Positions 1 to 12,600 of a stretch of DNA of 64,000 nucleotides are shown one piece after another. Within the stretch, counting starts at the first letter, position 1, and every line of letters starts with the position of its first letter. The position numbers were made by a program, and so were the translations under genes. The notes under the pieces were generated by a model. That model saw only the letters and a list, made by a program, of their open reading frames with translations, was not told the origin of the DNA and did no database searches. Source of the DNA: Mobula hypostoma. Taxonomy: Eukaryota. Where the stretch lies: the NCBI RefSeq assembly GCF_963921235.1, contig NC_086097.1:174532001-174596000 (forward strand), written 5' to 3'.

Positions 1-94
1 CTAATCAGATTATGTCTCTACAAATGCTCATAAATCCTGCCTCTCAGGATCTTCTCCAATAACTTGCCCATCACTGAAGACTCACGTTTTTCCA

Positions 95-880
95 CCACTG
101 AAGTATGACATATGGTGGTGTAATGACATATGCCAATTCTGTACTTTTACATATAACCCATAATGAATTATGTAAACAACAATGTTTAAACAATACATTT
201 ACAATATTGCTCAAATTTTGTGGAAATATTGAATACATAGCACTCCTACTTGCCTAGCAGCGTGCGCGCGTACACACACACACACACACACAACTATATA
301 GGCAACCACAACATGGTAAATTTTAAATGGTCCCACTCAGGCCGAAGGATTTAAGATTTAATTGCTGCCTAGGAAGTGGTTTTGACTGCTCTAGATGCCT
401 TTCTTCGCTGACAATTGACTGTGCTCTTCTCAACTGATAGGTTTGTCATCTCCAGATGACATCAAATGCAATCTCCACTGTGTAGGAAAAAGGTCTATTT
501 CTGTCCTTAATCTTAATCTTTCCAAGTACCCACTTTTGGTCACCTCTGTCGTCCCTTGCCAGGACTTCTTGTCCGGGAATGAAACATCAAATCTCCTTAT
601 TTGGGGAGCCTTCAGTTTGTCACAGCTGTTTGTCTCCTTCTGAGTTTGCTTTTGAGAAGATCCAAGTGAGAGTGTAATGGATGACCCATGAACAGCATAG
701 GTGGTGAGTTGTTGATTGTGGAATGTGCTGCATTGCAATATGCAGGAAGGAAATTGCTGATCTTCTGATTCAGTGTTACTGTGGTGTGTTCTGCTGACAT
801 TGCTTGTAATGCATTCTTTGGACTTTGCACAAATGTTTCTGCCAAACCATTTGTAGCTAGGTGGTATGGTGCAGATGTAA
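95..880 (-). mobile_element. Degenerate Gypsy-type LTR retrotransposon: integrase fragment plus partial 3' LTR (~95-242)
   Basis: Minus-strand peptide ITSAPYHLATNGLAETFVQSPKNAL...NAAHSTINNSPPMLFMG...SHLDLL is an integrase C-terminal motif; 95-242 resembles the LTR at 51510-51750. Confidence 0.75.
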
Positions 881-882
881 TA

Positions 883-1522
883 TAGTGCCTATCAAAAGTA
901 GTCACCCCCCCCGCCCCCCCCCGGCAGTGTTCATGTTTTATTGCTTTACAACGTTGAATCACAATGGATTTAATTTGGCCTTTTTGACACCAATCAACAG
1001 AAAACAACATAATACACAAAATAATTGACTCCATAAGTATTCATCCCTTTTAATGTGACACACCAAATCATCATTTGTGCAGCCAATTGGTTTTAGAAGT
1101 CACATAGTTAGTTAAATAGAAATATGTTTTTGGAGACCTGTGTACAGTTGAGGTGTTTCAAATGATTGCAGTAAAAATACACCTCTATCCACACAGACTC
1201 AAGGCTGTAATTGCTGCCAAATACTGATTTGAAGGGGTGAGTAATTATGCACACCTCTATCCACACAGACTCAAGGCTGTAATTGCTGCCAAATACTGAT
1301 TTGAAGGGGTGAGTAATTATGCACACCTCTATCCACACAGACTCAAGGCTGTAATTGCTGCCAAATACTGATTTGAAGGGGTGAGTAATTATGCAATCAG
1401 TTATTTTTCATTTAATAATTGTGATAAATTTAGACCAATTTGTAGAAATCTGTTTTCACTTTGACAAATCAATAAAATATGAAAATATCCGGGGTGGGGG
1501 TGAATTTTTTTTATAGGCACTG
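883..1522 (+). mobile_element. Internally deleted Tc1-like DNA transposon
   Basis: TIRs tagtgcctatcaaaagtagtcacccc (883) and ggggtgaattttttttataggcactg (to 1522); TA dinucleotides at 881-882 and 1523-1524; same TIR as the element ending at 47253. Confidence 0.85.
1179..1394. repeat. Tandem repeat, 3 x 72 bp, apparently identical units
   Basis: Unit acacctctatccacacagactc...gagtaattatgc starts at 1179, 1251 and 1323. Confidence 0.95.
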
Positions 1523-1849
1523 TACTTGTAAAATGAAACCAGGAAGGATATGGATTTCTAATGCAGCGAGTTACAGTAAAAGCTTTATCATCTGGCCGTT
1601 GACTAACTACACAATTCCTTAACTGGCATATTTTTCCAGAAGCCAATTCAAATTCATCCTTCTCTTTCTGGGAAAACTTTTGATTCTCTGCAGCAAACAT
1701 CCCTTTCCACTTCTATCTGGCATGCATCACACATCCAGTATCAGGGCTAGACCATCACCACATGGACAGAAACAGCAAGAAAGAAATGTGGACAAAAATA
1801 ATAGTGACTGGAGAAGGATAAAAGTAAAAATAAATTATTGAAGGCATTT

Positions 1850-2500
1850 GAACCTGGCTCATTGACAATCTGTGATATAAAAGCTTAGAAGGCTCACTTA
1901 CTGAATTTCTTGGCTTTGTTGGAGATGAGCACAGCTATCGAAACATATCATACTCTTCAAAATGCAAAACTAGCCCAGCTGGATGAGGTTTTGTTAATGT
2001 GGTTTGATTTGAAACACTCTGATGGTGTACCGATTTCTGGACCAAAGTCTAAGAACTTTTATAAGAAGATCGAGATTACGGATTTTGCAAATTTTCGGAT
2101 GCTTTGTTGTTGAGCTTCAGACTTCAACGTGGCATATGAAAATTTAATATTTCAGAGCAGAAAAAAAAACTAGCTGGTCAAGAGAGGGCTGAAAAATATT
2201 GGATATTCTTTCTAAAATCCGTAGATAAATATGGTTTGATTTACAGTATTGATAAGACTGGTGTTTGATATTGTTGCTTTCCAGAATCGATATTAGTGGT
2301 TATAAGCCAAGAATATAGCATCTGGCTTTGAGCAAAATAAAGGCTATTTTCCTGTATTCACCCCTGCCAATGCAATAGGACTACACACAAAATTGGTTTT
2401 TAGAGAATTCTGAAGCCAGGAGTTTTCATGTGAAGCTTGCATCTCGCAGTGAAATATATATAAAGCACAATCTTGTACCTGGATTTACAGGGAAATGTTC
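1850..2500 (+). mobile_element. Highly decayed Tigger/pogo (CENP-B/jerky-like) transposase fossil
   Basis: LQNAKLAQLDEVLLMWFDLKHSDGVPISGP resembles a CENP-B-type HTH; IYSIDKTGV near 2240 resembles the IYNADETGL first-D motif; many stops. Confidence 0.6.
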
Positions 2501-2699
2501 TTACATTGTTTCCAAATTGAGACAAGGAAAGTCGATTTCCAAAAGACACTTGATTAGATGCCACATAAGAGGCTAATGTGTGTAAATTAATAGCCAAAGG
2601 TATTGGGGCAGTATGTCACCATGGATTCCAAAATTATCATCAAATGGAAAATAGAGAGTTGGAACAATTGGATCCTTTTTACACTGGGAAGATGTGACT

Positions 2700-3915
2700 A
2701 GTATAACTAGGGATCAATTGTTTAGCTCTCAATTGTTTACTATTTAAATTATTAGCCAGGAAGAGGATCCAAAATGTAAGGGTCTGTGTTTGCAATGATA
2801 CGAAAATAGGTAGTGATGAGGACATTGTGATTTTTCAATGGGAGATACATGGAGTGATGGGGTGAAACCTGTCAAATGCAGCTTAATGTGGGGAATTGTG
2901 GGGCATGCACTTTGGTAAGAGCAATCAAAAGACTTATTTGCAGCTTTTCTCCATTTGTAACAATGAGTAAAGTTCAGAGGGATCTAGAGTAAGAAGACAA
3001 ATGGATTGTTGACCTATAGTACAAAATAGTTGGAATTTAACAAATAGGGGGTTTTATTGCAGTTGAATAGGATGTTGATAAGGTCACATTTGGAGTTTTA
3101 GTCCCTAACTTAAAAAGATGTATTAGCATTTGAGGCTGTTCAAAGGAGGATTACTAGAATAATTACTGTGATGAGAGGGTTGGACAGTTTGAATCTGTGC
3201 TTCTTGCAGTTAGAATTTGAGGGGTGATTTTACTTAAGCATTCACAATCTTAAGGAAACATAACTCTTGATTTTGAGATATTTTCATCAGAGGGAGAGTC
3301 CAGAACAATGGCAGATTGTTACGAATGAGAGGCTGGTCATGTAAATCTGAGGAATAAAGGATCTTGGCCTGAAACGTTGACTATACTGTTTTCTATCGAT
3401 GCTGCCTGGCCTGCTGAGCTCCTCCAGCATTTCCCTTGTGCTGCTTGGATTTCCCGCATCTGCAGATTTTCTTTTGTTTGTGTATAAAGAAAGGTCTTCT
3501 CTCAAAGGGTGGCAAATCTCTGGAATTCTCTGCCCTGAGGGTTGTTGAGTGCCTGTAGATTTTTTTTAATCGTCTTGCTTTTGTAGTCTTTTTCTCGCTC
3601 TTTTCACTCTGTTGTATAATATATATATATATATATGTATGATTTATAAATATTATTTTGTGTGTTGTCTGTATCCACGTGCTGCTACAAGCAAGATTTT
3701 CATTGAAAATGTACCTCACTGTGTTAGTGCACATAACAATAAACTTGACTAGAAATACATAAGGTGGAAATACATGTATATTTAAAAGCTTGAGATTGAT
3801 GGGGAACTGGTATAGAAGAATTGAGACCAACATAGATCAACATTGATCATATTGAACTATGTGGCAAGCTTGTGGGGGTCTCGTGGCCGACTCGTGCTCC
3901 TATTTTCCTATGTTT
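2700..3915 (+). mobile_element. Old CR1 LINE 3' fragment, interrupted by a Penelope pLTR remnant (~3355-3482) and a LINE 3' tail (~3560-3750)
   Basis: Nucleotide similarity to the RT C-terminus and 3' UTR of the CR1 at 31470-34897. Confidence 0.65.
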
Positions 3916-6593
3916 CAGTGTAAAGGAATACTTAAAGCAAGCAGGAAAGCTGGAAAGCACCAAGGTGATTGTTCCTCTTGACAACTTCAGATTCTGAGTT
4001 AGAATATGCAGTTTCATAGTTTTTGTGCCTGCCAGCGTGACAGCTGTTAGGCAGCTGATGGATCAAACATTTTTGTTTTGATTTCTTACAAATTATTTGA
4101 TGATCGCAATCACACATCTTCCAGGCCTTCTCTGTGTTGAAATTTAAACAAATGAAGTGGATAGACTTGTTAGACTATTTAAAAAGAGCCATGATTAATA
4201 TGTTGGCTTAGCATTAATGATTCAGGCAATATGGGTTGTTTCTGTTTTTTTTACACGTCATTGACACACATTCAGTGATTATAATTCCTTTTGGTAGGCT
4301 TTAATATGCTTTTGTAAGTGTACAAATCATTTCAAAATGTATGCTGTAATGTCTAGTTACAGTAATTTTTTTAAGGTTTAAGAGCAATATTTTTGAAGAA
4401 ATTATTACAAAAATGTAACTTTTGCTGAATTTATTGACTTATCCATGTAGCAATACTATTGTTACATTCAGTCCAACAGTGCTAACAATAGAAGTATTTG
4501 ACAATATCTAGAAGCAAAAATATAATATAAAATTATGTCTATTTTAATGGTCCATCCAATTTTAAATGTTGCAAAATGAAAGCACATGTTAGTCTTGTAT
4601 GAAGATAAGTAAAATAGAATGTAAGGGCGTAAGATTTTATTGGGACAGTAATTCTCCCCGCCCCAAGCAAAACTCAAAGTTGATTTGGTAGATCAAATAA
4701 CATTTTGAATTTCAAGCTCAGTACATTGTCTGATTAAATGTTAATTCGTATGAGCAGATGTATATTCTAAAATTATACAGCCTGAATCATTGATTGCATA
4801 TTTAGGACTGCATATTTGCTGTCACATATCTTCTTCAGTTCAAGTTCAGTTTATTGTCATTCAACCATACACATGTATACTGCCAAACGAAACAATGCAC
4901 CTCTGGACTAAAGTGCACAACACAGTACATATAATTCACACATGTAACATATAAAGTAATATTACCACAAATAATAAGGTGCATAGATGATACAAGTTAA
5001 AAATTAAACAGTATAACGCTACTTGCACTTCATATGTGATGAGACCTGGATGGTGGCAGGGAGTTCAGTGGTCTTGCGGCCTGGGGAACAAAGCTGTTTA
5101 ATTAAAAGTTCTTGTCTTAATGCTCCAGTACTTCTTGCCTGAGGGTAGGGGGTCAAAGAGATTGTTAGATAGATGGAAGGGTCACTGATAATGCAGAGTG
5201 TTCCTAATAAATATCTCTAATGGGTGGAGGAAGGACTCTAATAATTCTCTCAGCAGTCCTTGCGCTCCTTTGTGGGGACCTACAGTCAGATGCCTAGCAA
5301 TTCCCATACCAGATGGTGATACAGCTGGTCAGGACATTCTCGATGGTGCTCCTGTAAAAATTGGTTAGAATGGAGGGGATGAAGGAGCCTTGCTCATCTC
5401 AATCTCCTTAGGAAGTGGAGATGCTGCTGTGCTTTCTTGACCAAAGAGGTGGCATTGAGGGACAAGGTAAGATGGTCCATTATGTACTGTACACTCCCAG
5501 AAATTTAGAGTTCCTAACTCTCTCCACAGTGGAGCCATTTACTGGAGTGAGGCTGCACGTTCCTAAAATCCACAATCATCTGGTTGGTCTTGTCCACGTT
5601 GAGACTCAAGTTGTTCTCACACCATTCTACGGCCATCTCATTGTCGTTGATGAGGCCAACCACTGTTTTGTCATCAGCGAACTTGATGAATCCATTTGAA
5701 CTGAATCCAGTAGTACAGTCATGTGTCAGCAGCATGAACAGCAGTGGGCTGAGCATGCAGCCCTGGGGAGTACCGGTGCTCAGGTTGATGGAGCTAGAGA
5801 TATTTCTGCCAACACAGACTGACTGTGGCCTTTCTGTCAAGAAGTCTAGGATCTAGTTACAGAGCGAGGTGTTGAGACCCTACAAAGACAGTTTACCCTC
5901 CAGCTTCTGATTAAACACTGAACTGGATTCCATAAATAACATCCTGGCCTATGAAACACCATTTTCCAGGTAGGACAGGAAGGAGTAGAGCTCAGAGGCT
6001 ATGGCATCATCAGTAGGCCGATTTGAGCGATAAACGAACTGGAAAGGGTCCAATGTAGCAGGAAGATAGAATTTAATATGATCTATGACTAGCTGCTCAA
6101 AGCATTTCATTATTGTTGAGGTCAGTGCCACTGGATGATAGTCACTGAGGCAGGTTATTATCACCCTCATGGGCACTGGGATAATGGTGGCTGCCTTGAA
6201 GCCTGAGGGGACAGTGGATCTTTGTTAGAACCTCTGTTCACTGGGTTGCATAGCGCCTCAACACCCGAGCAGGTACACTATCAGGCCATAGTGCTTTATG
6301 TGGATTGACCTTGGGAAGGGTCTTCATCACATCAGCTGCATCCACATAGAGTGCCTGGTCCTCGAGGGGATGGGGGAGCCTTTCTTGCCAGCATGTTGTT
6401 CCGTGCATCAAACATTCAGTGAAACATTTGGCCTATCAGGAAGAGAAGTGTTACTGACATTGACATGCAAGGTGGACTTGTAGTCTTTGATGGACTGAAT
6501 ACTCTGCCACATGCACCTCATGGAGGGGTGGGGGAGAGAGTGGCTTTGTAAGCACCAAGGATGTTGGTTTAAATCAGTTCTAAAGTGTTCTCA

Positions 6594-7207
6594 CTTTTAG
6601 ATTTTTTTTAGATTATGAGGACACTCAGTCCTCATTTATTGTCATTTAGAAATGCATGCATTAAAAAATGATACAATGTTCCTCAGAAAGATATCACAGA
6701 AACACAGGATAAACCAAGCCTAACTGACAAAACCACATAATTATAACGTATAGTTACAACAGTGCAAAGCAATACTGTAATCTGATAAAGAACAGACCAT
6801 GGGCACGGTAAAAACAAGTCTCAAGTCCCGATAGCCCCATCATCTCACACAGACGGAAGCGCCGCAAACTTGCTGATGCATTGGAAGCACCTGATCCCAG
6901 CCGACTCTGAGTCTGTTCGAAAACTTCAAGCTTCCAACCAGTCCTCCGACACCGAGCACTGAGCACCATCTCTGCCGAGCCGCCAAGCAACAAGCTAAGC
7001 CAAGGACCCGGGGCCTTCCCCTCCGGAGATTCTGGATCACACAATAGCAGCGGTGGTGAAACAGACATTTCAGAAGTTTCACCAGATGTTCCTCCGTGCT
7101 CTCACGTCTGTCTCCATCAAATCAGGATTGTGCACGGCACCCTACTTGACAAATAACAGATATCACCACCGGAGTGGCCGCTGCAAGCTGCGTTGCGCCG
7201 CCATCTT
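6594..7207 (-). mobile_element. Non-coding ~610-bp retroposon nested in the Rex1-type LINE
   Basis: 5' end AAGATGGCGGCGCAACG, 3' end aatgacaataaa...ataatctaaaaaaaatctaaaa; host LINE endonuclease sequence resumes on both sides. Confidence 0.6.
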
Positions 7208-7555
7208 CTCCTCCCTCCTGGTAGCAAAGTCAAAATATTGATAGAATTTTGGTTGAATTTGCCAGCAAGACTAAAGAAACCATAGGGCTGTGTGGTTTGC
7301 AAGTCACTGATGGTGTTGTAGAGCTCATGCAGCGCTTCCCAGTGGGTGATGTCTACAGCCACTATCACAATAGCAGGTAAATAGAAGGGCCTGCGCTTCA
7401 CCATTAAGAACTTTACCATAGGCGAACAGTGGGTCGTTGCTACTAAAGCGTGCACACACCAGTCTTTATTAGTGAAGATACATACATCTCCACTGTGGGT
7501 TTTGCCAGAGACAGCGGAAATTCTGTCGACCTGAAAAGAGATGAAACATTCTAGC

Positions 7556-7635
7556 TTGGGTTCCTAACGTGGGATCCATGGACTCTTTGGTTAATGGTAA
7601 ATGTCCGTGGCTTAAAAAAGGTTTGGAAACTCCTA
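7556..7635. mobile_element. ~80-bp hAT-type MITE (copy 1 of 3)
   Basis: Similar to 26683-26760 and 62271-62350, with degenerate CAGGGGTTCCCAAC...GTTGGGAACCCCT termini. Confidence 0.6.
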
Positions 7636-8403
7636 CTCCTGGATGGATGGCTGCTTCAGACATAGTATCTTGAAGCCACGTTTCCTTCAGAATGAGCACA
7701 CAGCTGTCCTTCACTTCATCACGCTCTGATTCAGTCTCAGTCACAGGTAATCTAGTTTCTGGTGATCAAACATTTGAAAGCTGAATCGGCAGGAGAGATG
7801 GCCTGAAGTGTTTTGCCTTTAGTCTCACAGGATTACCAGCACACCTTACTCACTTTGGTATCCTTCTGCACCACTTAAGATCTAGCAGAAGAATTAAGCC
7901 ATTTGGCCTGTCGAGTCTGCTCTGCTATTCAATCATGGCTGATCCTTTTCCCCCCTCCTCTGCCCCACTCCCCAGCCTTCTCCCCATAACCTTTGATGCT
8001 GTGTCCAAACAAGAGGCTATCAAGCTCTGCCTTAAATACACCCAACAACCTGGCCTCTATGACATTGGAACTGGTTCAGAGGAGATGCAGAATAATGATT
8101 CAGTATTGAAAGGCTTGTCATATGAGGAGCACCTGATGGCTGTGGGCCTCTGGGCTCTGGCCACTTAAGGGATTATCATTGAAAAGTCATCATAAGATTG
8201 GATGTGGAGAGGATGTTTCCTATGGTGTGAGAGCCTAAGACCAGAGGACAGCCTCAGAATAGAGGGATGCCCATTTAGAATGGAGGTGAGGGTGGATTTC
8301 TTTAGCTAGAGAGTGGTAAATCTGTGGAATTCATTGCCACAGGTAGCCGTGGAAGCAAAGTCATTGGGTATATTTAAGGCAGAGGTTGATAGGTTATTCA
8401 TTA

Positions 8404-9648
8404 AACGCAAACAACAGGAATTCTGCAGATGCTGGAAGTTCAAGCAACACACATCAAAGTTGCTGGTGAACGCAGCAGGCCAAGCAGCGTCTGTAGGAAG
8501 AGGTGCAGTCGACGTTTCAGGCCGAGACCCTTCGTCAGGACTAACTGAAGGAAGAGTGAGTAAGGGATTTGAAAGTTGGAGGGGGAGGGGGAGATCCAAA
8601 ATGATAGGAGAAGACAGGAGGGGGAGGGATGGAGCCAAGAGCTGGACAGGTGATTGGCAAAGGGGATACGAGAGGATCATGGGACAGGAGGTCCGGGAAG
8701 AAAGACAAGGGAGGGGGGAACCCAGAGGATGGGCAAGAGGTATATTCAGAGGGACAGAGGGAGAAAAAGGAGAGTGAGAGAAAGAATGTGTGCATAAAAA
8801 TAAGTAACAGATGGGGTACGAGGGGGAGGTGGGGCCTTAGTGGAAGTTAGAGAAGTCGATGTTCATGCCATCAGGTTGGAGGCTACCCAGACGGAATATA
8901 AGGTGTTGTTCCTCCAAACTGAGTGTGGCTTCATCTTTACAGTAGAGGAGGCCGTGGATAGACATGTCAGAATGGGAATGGGATGTGGAATTAAAATGTG
9001 TGGCCACTGGGAGATCCTGCTTTCTCTGGCGGACAGAGCGTAAATGTTCAGCAAAGCGGTCTCCCAGTCTGCGTCGGGTCTCGCCAATATATAAAAGGCC
9101 ACATCGGGAGCACCGGATGCAGTATATCACCCCAGTCGACTCACAGGTGAAGTGTTGCCTCACCTGGAAGGACTGTTTGGGGCCCTGAATGGTGGTAAGG
9201 GAGGAAGTGTAAGGGCATGTGTAGCACTTGTTCCGCTTACACGGATAAGTGCCAGGAGGGAGATCAGTGGGGAGGGATGGGGGGGACGAATGGACAAGGG
9301 AGTTGCGTAGGGAGCGATCCCTGCGGAATGCAGAGAGAGGGGGGGAGGGAAAGATGTGCTTAGTGGTGGGATCCCGTTGGAGGTGGGGAAGGTATGGAGA
9401 ATAATATGTTGGACCCGGAGGCTGGTGGGGTGGTAGGTGAGGACCAGGGGAACCCTATTCCTAGTGGGGTGGCGGGAGGATGGACTGAGAGCAGATGTAT
9501 GTGAAATGGGTGAGATGCGTTTAAGAGCAGAGTTGATAGTGGAGGAAGGGAAGCCCCTTTCTTTAAAAAAGGAAGACATCTCCCTCGTCCTAGAATGAAA
9601 AGCCTCATCCTGAGAGCAGATGCGACGGAGACAGAGGAATTGCGAGAA
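8404..9648 (-). mobile_element. 5'-truncated Penelope-like element (Neptune-type): RT thumb, Cys-rich linker, GIY-YIG endonuclease, 3' pLTR
   Basis: ORF 8837-9163 TCESTGVIYCIRCSRCGLLYIGETRRRLGDRFAEH (GIY-YIG); upstream YPCKRNKCYTCPY; TSD gttattcatta at 8393-8403 and 9649-9659. Confidence 0.92.
8507..8542 (-). ncRNA. Minimal type I hammerhead ribozyme motif in Penelope pLTR (intact)
   Basis: Minus strand reads AGTC CTGACGA AGGGTCTCGGCCT GAAACGTC GACT: stem I AGUC/GACU, core CUGAnGA and GAAA, stem II AGG/CCU, palindromic ACGU, GUC cleavage triplet. Confidence 0.75.
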
Positions 9649-12600
9649 GTTATTCATTATTCATTAGTCAGGGCATGAAGGGATATAGGGAGAAGGCAGA
9701 CGACTGGGACTGGCTGAGAGGGAAATAGATCAGCCATGATGAAATGGCGAAGAAGAATCAGTTTTAATGAGAATGTACAAGGCCAAGTAAGTTTACAGAT
9801 GACACTAAATAGATGGTGTCATTGCCAGTGAAGTTGGTTATCAGAATTTACAGAGGGATCTTGATCAGGTAGGTGCTTGAGCAGAGCACTGGCAAATGGC
9901 ATTGATAAATGTGAGATGTTGCACTTTGGTAAGACAAATGAGGGTACAACTTCCACAGTGAATGGTAGTGCCTTGGAGAGTGGTGTAGAACAGAGGGACT
10001 TTGGAGTATAATTACACGGCTCCCTAAAGTGACATAAAAGGTAGACAGGGTGGTGGAAAAGGCTTTTGGTAGGTTGGCCTTTATCAGTCAGGATACTGAG
10101 TATAGAAGTTAGGAGGTTATGTTGCAGTTTTACAAGAAGTTGGTAAGACTGTAATTGGAATATCTTAGTCAGTTTTGGTAACCCTGCTAAAGGAAAGATG
10201 TCATTATGCTGAAAAGAGTGGAGAGGAGATTTACAAGGATGTTGCCAGAACTTGAAGGATTTAGTTATGGAGAGAGGTTGAGCAGTTTGGGGCTTTTTTC
10301 CTTTGCAGTGTGGGCAAAGGAGGGGTGATCTAATAGAGGTATATAAAATAATGGAAGGGCATAAATAGGGTCAATGTGCATAGTCTTTTTCTCAGGGTAG
10401 GGGAATCAAGAACTAGAGGGCATATGTTTAAGGGGAGAGGGAAGAGATTTAATAGGAATCTGAGAATTCTTTTTCGCCTAGTTGGTATATGGAACAAACT
10501 GCGAGAAAAAGTGGTTGAGGCACGTATTTTAACAACACTTAAAAGGTACTTGAGCAGATGTGGATATGAACAGTTTAGAGGTGTATGGACCAAATGCGGG
10601 CAAGTAGGACCAGTTTAGATGGGAATCTTGGTCAGCTGGACCAGTTAGGCTGAAAGGATCTGTTTCTGTGCTGTTTGACTCCATAACTCTGTGACTCTTT
10701 AACTGTCAAAAAATTGATGCATTTATTACTCCTACCATTGAGCAAATTGGTGCTTTTACTGACGTCTAGGACAGTAGGAGGGCAGCAATTGAAACAACTG
10801 TTGAGCTGCATTCATATACAGAATGCAAATAAGGACTGCACTTTGGCAACTTAAAGCAAAATATGCGAATGTTGAAAATTTGAAAGTGAAACATAAAATG
10901 TTGGAAGCACAGCAGGTCAGCCACTCACCATTTCAGATCAGTAAAGTGAAAATGATGCTATGAACAGCTCTCAGTATTTAGAGGCATAGATAATCAACTA
11001 AATGGGCCTGTGATTGTATGAAGAGTAGGAGTGACTCAGTGATTTGAGTGCTGCCAAGTGAAAAGAAGTGATAAGGAGATAAATAAAATCTGGATTCAGA
11101 GGTGCTGTGAATTGTTGCATGGAGTAGAAGAGGATGAGAAAACTGGAGGATCTAGCATTCTTGGAAATGTGGCCTGTTAAAAAGGCTGTTAAACTCTTGG
11201 AATGAAACACAGCAATAATAAATTTCTGCTCCAAGTAGCAGGTACTGTTTATTTCCAATACCCATGGTCGTTTAGTCCATTATGAACATGTACTTTCTGA
11301 GAAAAAATGTAAGTTGTGATTAAAAATTAAGCATTGCAAAGGACAAACATAATCATTTGATCAGATCATTCTTTGATGTCCAAAAATATCTCCAGTGATT
11401 ATTAGCAATTCTCAATTCTCTTATTGGATTGCAAATTTCTGCAAATTCTGTTTGTAGCTTGATGATATACAGCTGAGGGCTATTGATTTTCATCACTAAA
11501 TTTAAGGTTTTTTCATGTAGTCCAACTAGGACAGGCCTTTCTCTTCCCATTCATTAATAAAAATAGATCCCATATTAGATGTTTGATTAGTCTACTTCTG
11601 AATGAATTTTATGATTGTACATTTGACCATTGTTACCCTAGCTTCATTTATTGCTCTTGTTTCATTGGCCATAATGCCTGCTAGGTTTCGTACAATTTCT
11701 TTATCTAATATGGTTATTTCCTTTATCCCTGACGGTGCTATCCTTTTGCCTTTCAGATAGATGAATATTGAATGCATTCCTGTGGTCCTTCTGATTCCCT
11801 TCTTTGTTTGATTTTAATGCTTTTTCTATTTCTCTAGTCCCTAATATATCATTAGCCTTCTCATTGCACATTTTTTTCTTATGTGAGGAATTTGGGATTT
11901 TACACAACCTTTTTCTCATGGTCCTAGTTTGCTTATCTCTTTAATTCTTTCTGATTGCTGTTTTATCAGCCTGATGTCCCATCCAATTATCTGTCAATAT
12001 TTTCTTACAGCAGCTCTCATTGTAAACTTTTGAATTGTCTGTAATGATTAGTTATAACACTTGTCAAAGACTTTGAGCAAGAAATTTTAATTTCAATTTA
12101 TGTTTTATTTTATTACCTGAGTGCTGTTTAACATTCCTAAGGCAGTCTCAAGCATCTATTGAGGTATTCCCATAACGTTCAAGAATTCGAATTTTTCTAA
12201 TTTTAACATTTTTGTGATACTGCCACTGATACTGTTGCTTTAATATTGCTTTAACTGTGATTTCATTTAATTAGAGTTATTTAGCAATTAAAAGTAATAT
12301 TTGAATTTTCATGGTAACTGAAATGTCAAAATACCTCCAAATAGTTCATATAGTAAATTAATTGTTTAAGTAGCAAATGCACTGTACAAAATGGTTGATA
12401 TGACATTAATAGAATGGTTTTGCTGTAACTTCTTGTGAAATCCTTAGAGAACAAAGCTGGTCTCTTCCATATTGTTTTTATCAGATTCAGGGTAGCTTAT
12501 GGGTCCAATATTTGAGGTGCAAATCTATGGACTCATTGATCAAATGAAGACTTGGCTAAGTTTTTTTTATTACTCTTTTTCACCCTTTCTTTCTTTTTCC

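Larger units (their letters stand above)
4835..7870 (-). mobile_element. Rex1/Babar-type LINE (endonuclease + RT remnants), with nested insertions
   Basis: Minus-strand peptides [22 protein letters not shown]...[28 protein letters not shown]...LDPFQF and LILKETWLQ / RPFYLP; 3' tail aatgacaataaactgaacttgaa. Confidence 0.8.
7875..10700. mobile_element. Cluster of CR1 3' fragments: ~7875-8060 (-), ~8070-9760 (+, interrupted by Penelope), ~9780-10700 (+)
   Basis: Typical CR1 C-terminal peptides (VVNLWNSLPQVAVEAKSLGIFKAEVDR; ESRTRGH) and 3' UTR motifs. Confidence 0.75.

Noticed and set aside
1179..1394. CRISPR-like periodicity
   Set aside because: Units are identical over their full length with no unique spacers; eukaryotic context inside a Tc1 element.
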